Below the pieces are notes generated by a model. The model saw only the letters and a list, made by a program, of their open reading frames with translations. It did no database searches and was not told the origin of the DNA. A DNA stretch of 64,000 nt from an uncultured candidatus Porisulfidus sp. (GTDB lineage: Bacteria > Pseudomonadota > Gammaproteobacteria > Poriferisulfidales > Oxydemutatoraceae), in NCBI GenBank assembly GCA_965215125.1, contig OZ244052.1, positions 1,376,001 through 1,440,000 of the forward strand. Direction: 5' to 3'. Below are positions 60,803 to 64,000 of this stretch, in pieces. Positions within the stretch are counted from its first letter, which is position 1, and the number at the start of each line of letters is the position of its first letter. Both the position numbers and the translations under genes were made by a program.

Positions 60803-61786
60803 TTATGGTTCATCCGATGTTTTGCCTTTGTACGCCGATTTTCTATCGGCGAGCATTTGACATATTAGTTCTTTAGACACTGCTGCTTTATCTTCTAAAA
60901 TAGTTTCCTTCACGGCATCGTAGCAGGCTTGCACAATTTCGGCATGGCTTAGGTCTTTGGTTTGAGAAACAAGCTCTTCTACCTTCAAGCCACCTAAAAA
61001 TGAGGCGAGTCTATTTTTGATTAACTTCTCCGTCTCTTGTTCGGAGGGAAGGTCGTAATACAGGATGTCGTCAAACCTACGGAATAGTGCTTGGTCCAAC
61101 AAACCCATATTGTTTGTAGCGGCAATAATGATGCTTTCGGAGTCGTCGTTTTCTATGAATTGCAAAAACGCATTCAGCACCCGCCGCATTTCGCCTACAT
61201 CATTATCCCGTCCCCTCTCGGCACCAATGGCATCAAATTCATCAAAGAGAAAAACCCCTATGGATTCACCGATGACATCAAAGACCTGCCTTAACTTGGC
61301 ACTGGTCTCCCCCATATATTTGGTCACGACCTTATCCATTTGGATACTATGGAGCGGTAAATCAAGCTCCCCGGCAATCACGGAAGCGGTCATCGTTTTT
61401 CCTGTCCCGGGAGGGCCTGCCAATAAAATCTTCCTTCTGTTAGTCATGCCGTGTCTTAGTAATTTATGCTTCTGATAATATTCTCTAAGCACTTTATCTA
61501 TTCTTTTCCTAAGATCAGGTTTTAAGACAATGTCCGCCAACCGATTACTAGGTTGCGACGATATAACAAAATCTCCCAAGTCTTTGTGCAGACTAATGAC
61601 CTTGAGGTTCGGGCTTCTTTGTTTGTCTATAATGTTGCGAATATCTCGGGCAAGGTTGGTGTGTCCCTTGTGCGCCTCGGAAGCCGCAACCTGCAAAGCG
61701 ATAGTCAAGAACTGCTCGTCCTCATTCAGTAGGTGGGACTTTATTAAAGATTTAATTTGATTTGCCGTTGCCATTTTATATACCAA
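60803..61786 (-). CDS. AAA+ ATPase of the type usually paired with an S8 peptidase (IetA-like)
   Basis: MATANQIKSLIKSH, GPPGTGKT, FDEFDAIG, ATN..LD.ALFRRFD. Confidence 0.82.
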   Translation of the reverse strand: MVYKMATANQIKSLIKSHLLNEDEQFLTIALQVAASEAHKGHTNLARDIRNIIDKQRSPNLKVISLHKDLGDFVISSQPSNRLADIVLKPDLRKRIDKVLREYYQKHKLLRHGMTNRRKILLAGPPGTGKTMTASVIAGELDLPLHSIQMDKVVTKYMGETSAKLRQVFDVIGESIGVFLFDEFDAIGAERGRDNDVGEMRRVLNAFLQFIENDDSESIIIAATNNMGLLDQALFRRFDDILYYDLPSEQETEKLIKNRLASFLGGLKVEELVSQTKDLSHAEIVQACYDAVKETILEDKAAVSKELICQMLADRKSAYKGKTSDEP

Positions 61787-61854
61787 TAGGGGTTTCTTTT
61801 GAGGGGTATTGTATCAAATCCATAGTGGCAATAAAACCAACCCGTCGTGTATGG

Positions 61855-63384
61855 TTATGATTTTCCGTACTTAATTTTTGATCGTTTTATGTCAATACTT
61901 CTGTCCTGTTTCTTCGCCTCAGCCTTGAGCCACTGTTCCCACTCCTGATAACGCTCTGTCCTTGGTCCGAGTATTACCTCGTTAAACCTAAAATTCTCTG
62001 GAGCTTCCACATAGAAACGCGGCGGGATACTTTCCGCGTCAACCTCAACTTTAGATTCTGAAGTCTCATCCTTTTCACCATAACGCAACTGGATAACACG
62101 GACCTCCTTTTCCTCACTATAATGATTCTCTTTGAATAGAAAGCGAATACTATCCAGTAACTCGCAGACAAGTCGCCGCAATGCACCTTCTGTTTTATTT
62201 TCTTCTTTTTGTAATATATTATTCATAGACTTATTTATGGTTCTGATTATATCCGTTATTTTTTCAAGATCATCTTTTGCTTTATTCTTTTCTTGTACTT
62301 TACTATTTGTAAATTTTTCTTCTTTGAATTGATTTTCTGGTTCTTTAAATTTTTTCTCTAGATCATTTTTGTCTAGAAATTGCCGTACTGTATTCCTTAT
62401 TCTTTCTGCTTTTACATTTTCTATAAATTGCTTTATACTTTCAAGTTGACCTGCTAGTGCTTCTAATTTTTCTTTTAGTGTATCACCTAACTCTTCTCGG
62501 TAGCGTATTTCATATAAAACCAAGTTCTTGTCCATAAAGCCAAGCTCTAATGGGACATACTCCGAAAAGCATTCCTTATTACTAAAAATTAAACAGGCAC
62601 CAGCTGCTTCTTCGTTATTATGCTTTCCATAAGTTCGCCATAAAAACAACTTGTCTTTTTGTTTGTTTCCTTCTTCAAGCTGAACAAAACTACCGATATA
62701 GGCAGGTGAGCGATAAGACTCTTTATCCTTGTAAAACCACTCCGCTATGTCTCCCTCTGTGTCTACCCAATATTCGCTCATTATTTTAAAGAATATTTGC
62801 CCTTCCTCAGGGTCATTCATATAGTCCGTGTTGTAAAGCCGAAAGTGATTTCTTGCATTGGAAAGAGTTTTAAGTACATGAAGAGAGGTGTAATGAGCAA
62901 TTTCAGATTTCTCTTCACAAAAAAGTTCTTGCCGTATTACCCAAACCGTGATGCACGACATGCTATAGATTTCAAAGGCTGTGATTTTTTGATCTGTTTT
63001 CAGATTATCCATCACTGAAATCTGTGATGCGATATAAACAACTGGATCGTAAAATTTATCAGGAGAACCATGTTTTATTGCTGCCTCAAAATTATTAAAC
63101 GCAAGCCTATATTGTTTCCGCCGAAAATAGATCTTACCGAGAAAGCAATACGCATCTGCATATTCAGGATTTAGTTCTACTGCTTTATCAAAATTATCAA
63201 GCGCAAGAGTAAGTTCGTCTTTTATTGTGTAGGCAAAACCTAAATAATAGTGCGCCACCGCTTGATCGTGGGGTTTTTCTTCAAGACCAATGAGTTTAGT
63301 GGCTACTGGAATTAATTCAACCCACTTTTTCTCCTTCCGAAGTTGATTGGCTTTTCCCCTTAGGTTTTTTATTTTTTCATCCAT
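61855..63384 (-). CDS. TPR repeat plus DUF2971-like domain protein
   Basis: N-terminal TPRs; HYTS, MNDPEEG, LWRTYG, K..Y.EE.EVR, ILGP. Confidence 0.78.
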   Translation of the reverse strand: MDEKIKNLRGKANQLRKEKKWVELIPVATKLIGLEEKPHDQAVAHYYLGFAYTIKDELTLALDNFDKAVELNPEYADAYCFLGKIYFRRKQYRLAFNNFEAAIKHGSPDKFYDPVVYIASQISVMDNLKTDQKITAFEIYSMSCITVWVIRQELFCEEKSEIAHYTSLHVLKTLSNARNHFRLYNTDYMNDPEEGQIFFKIMSEYWVDTEGDIAEWFYKDKESYRSPAYIGSFVQLEEGNKQKDKLFLWRTYGKHNNEEAAGACLIFSNKECFSEYVPLELGFMDKNLVLYEIRYREELGDTLKEKLEALAGQLESIKQFIENVKAERIRNTVRQFLDKNDLEKKFKEPENQFKEEKFTNSKVQEKNKAKDDLEKITDIIRTINKSMNNILQKEENKTEGALRRLVCELLDSIRFLFKENHYSEEKEVRVIQLRYGEKDETSESKVEVDAESIPPRFYVEAPENFRFNEVILGPRTERYQEWEQWLKAEAKKQDRSIDIKRSKIKYGKS

Positions 63385-63638
63385 AATAGAAAATTTGATA
63401 CATTCATTTTCAGGTTATGACAGCTTATACGGTAATTCACAAAATACGATTCCCGTCTCTGTTTATTTCTTTGTGGTTTACAAACTACTTGTATCGCAAG
63501 CAAAAATGGTAAGTTTTTTATTCGTTTCGGAAGCTGCAAGTGACATTAACGACAGGGATTTTGGTAATAAAGAATGATGAGGCAACAAATACAGCAAACC
63601 ATCAACGCCTAAGAATTTTTATATTTAGCATAGTAGGG

Positions 63639-64000
63639 TTATTTCTTAGTTGGAGGTTTCGCAATTAATCTCTCTAGTTCATCTTTAACATTTTTTTCTA
63701 TCATTTCAAATCTAGCTGACAAAAATTTATTTAAATTATAGGATCCGTCTCTATTTATAAATTTTCTCTCTGTTGGCACAGGGATCATATTTTTTTCACA
63801 ATTTAGTTGACTCTTATCCGTATAATCGCTTACTCTCTGTATTTTCGAGTTCGCGTTTTGGCTGATGATGACTTTATTCAGCACACTGTTTACAGGATGC
63901 TCTTTATTGCTCCTAAGTTTTTTTGATTCAGTACCCTCCTGATCTGCTATTTCATTAAGTGGGATAATATGATGTAGACTTTTGTCGAGATCGATATTCT
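63639..64000 (-). CDS. C-terminus of an HNH-type nuclease (GmrSD/DUF1524-like), truncated by the window edge
   Basis: Frame open to the edge: HHIIP...NSVLNKVIISQNANSKI. Confidence 0.6.
   Translation of the reverse strand, partial: NIDLDKSLHHIIPLNEIADQEGTESKKLRSNKEHPVNSVLNKVIISQNANSKIQRVSDYTDKSQLNCEKNMIPVPTERKFINRDGSYNLNKFLSARFEMIEKNVKDELERLIAKPPTKK

Overview
Gammaproteobacterial chromosomal segment, probably from a sulfur oxidiser (soeABC, a DsrC/TusE-family gene, a DsrN-like amidase). A host-associated lifestyle is inferred only from the IS and repeat load. Housekeeping genes include der, dsbB, proC, tsaD, hemC/D/L, cysQ, metXW, trxA, pyrE, nadC, amgK-murU, rpmBG, bioBF, rpmE, rpoD and two tRNAs. 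They are interspersed with two apparently identical IS481 copies, a dead IS3, two IS110s, an IS1380 and a defence-like region at about 50-64 kb. The most unusual signal is a nested family of non-coding modules. Module A is a CCCCTCC-N4-GGAGGGG unit, B is a bulged hairpin with compensatory base changes, C is GTAG-tagged REP doublets, and D is MITE-like elements with GG(G/A)CTGTTGAAAA inverted ends and 5-6 bp target duplications. One D element (55263-56494) has an Rpn/PD-(D/E)XK nuclease gene as its only substantial ORF and sits in a three-copy mosaic Rpn array. No CRISPR array, rRNA or reverse transcriptase was seen. All protein calls come from motif recognition by eye, not database searches.
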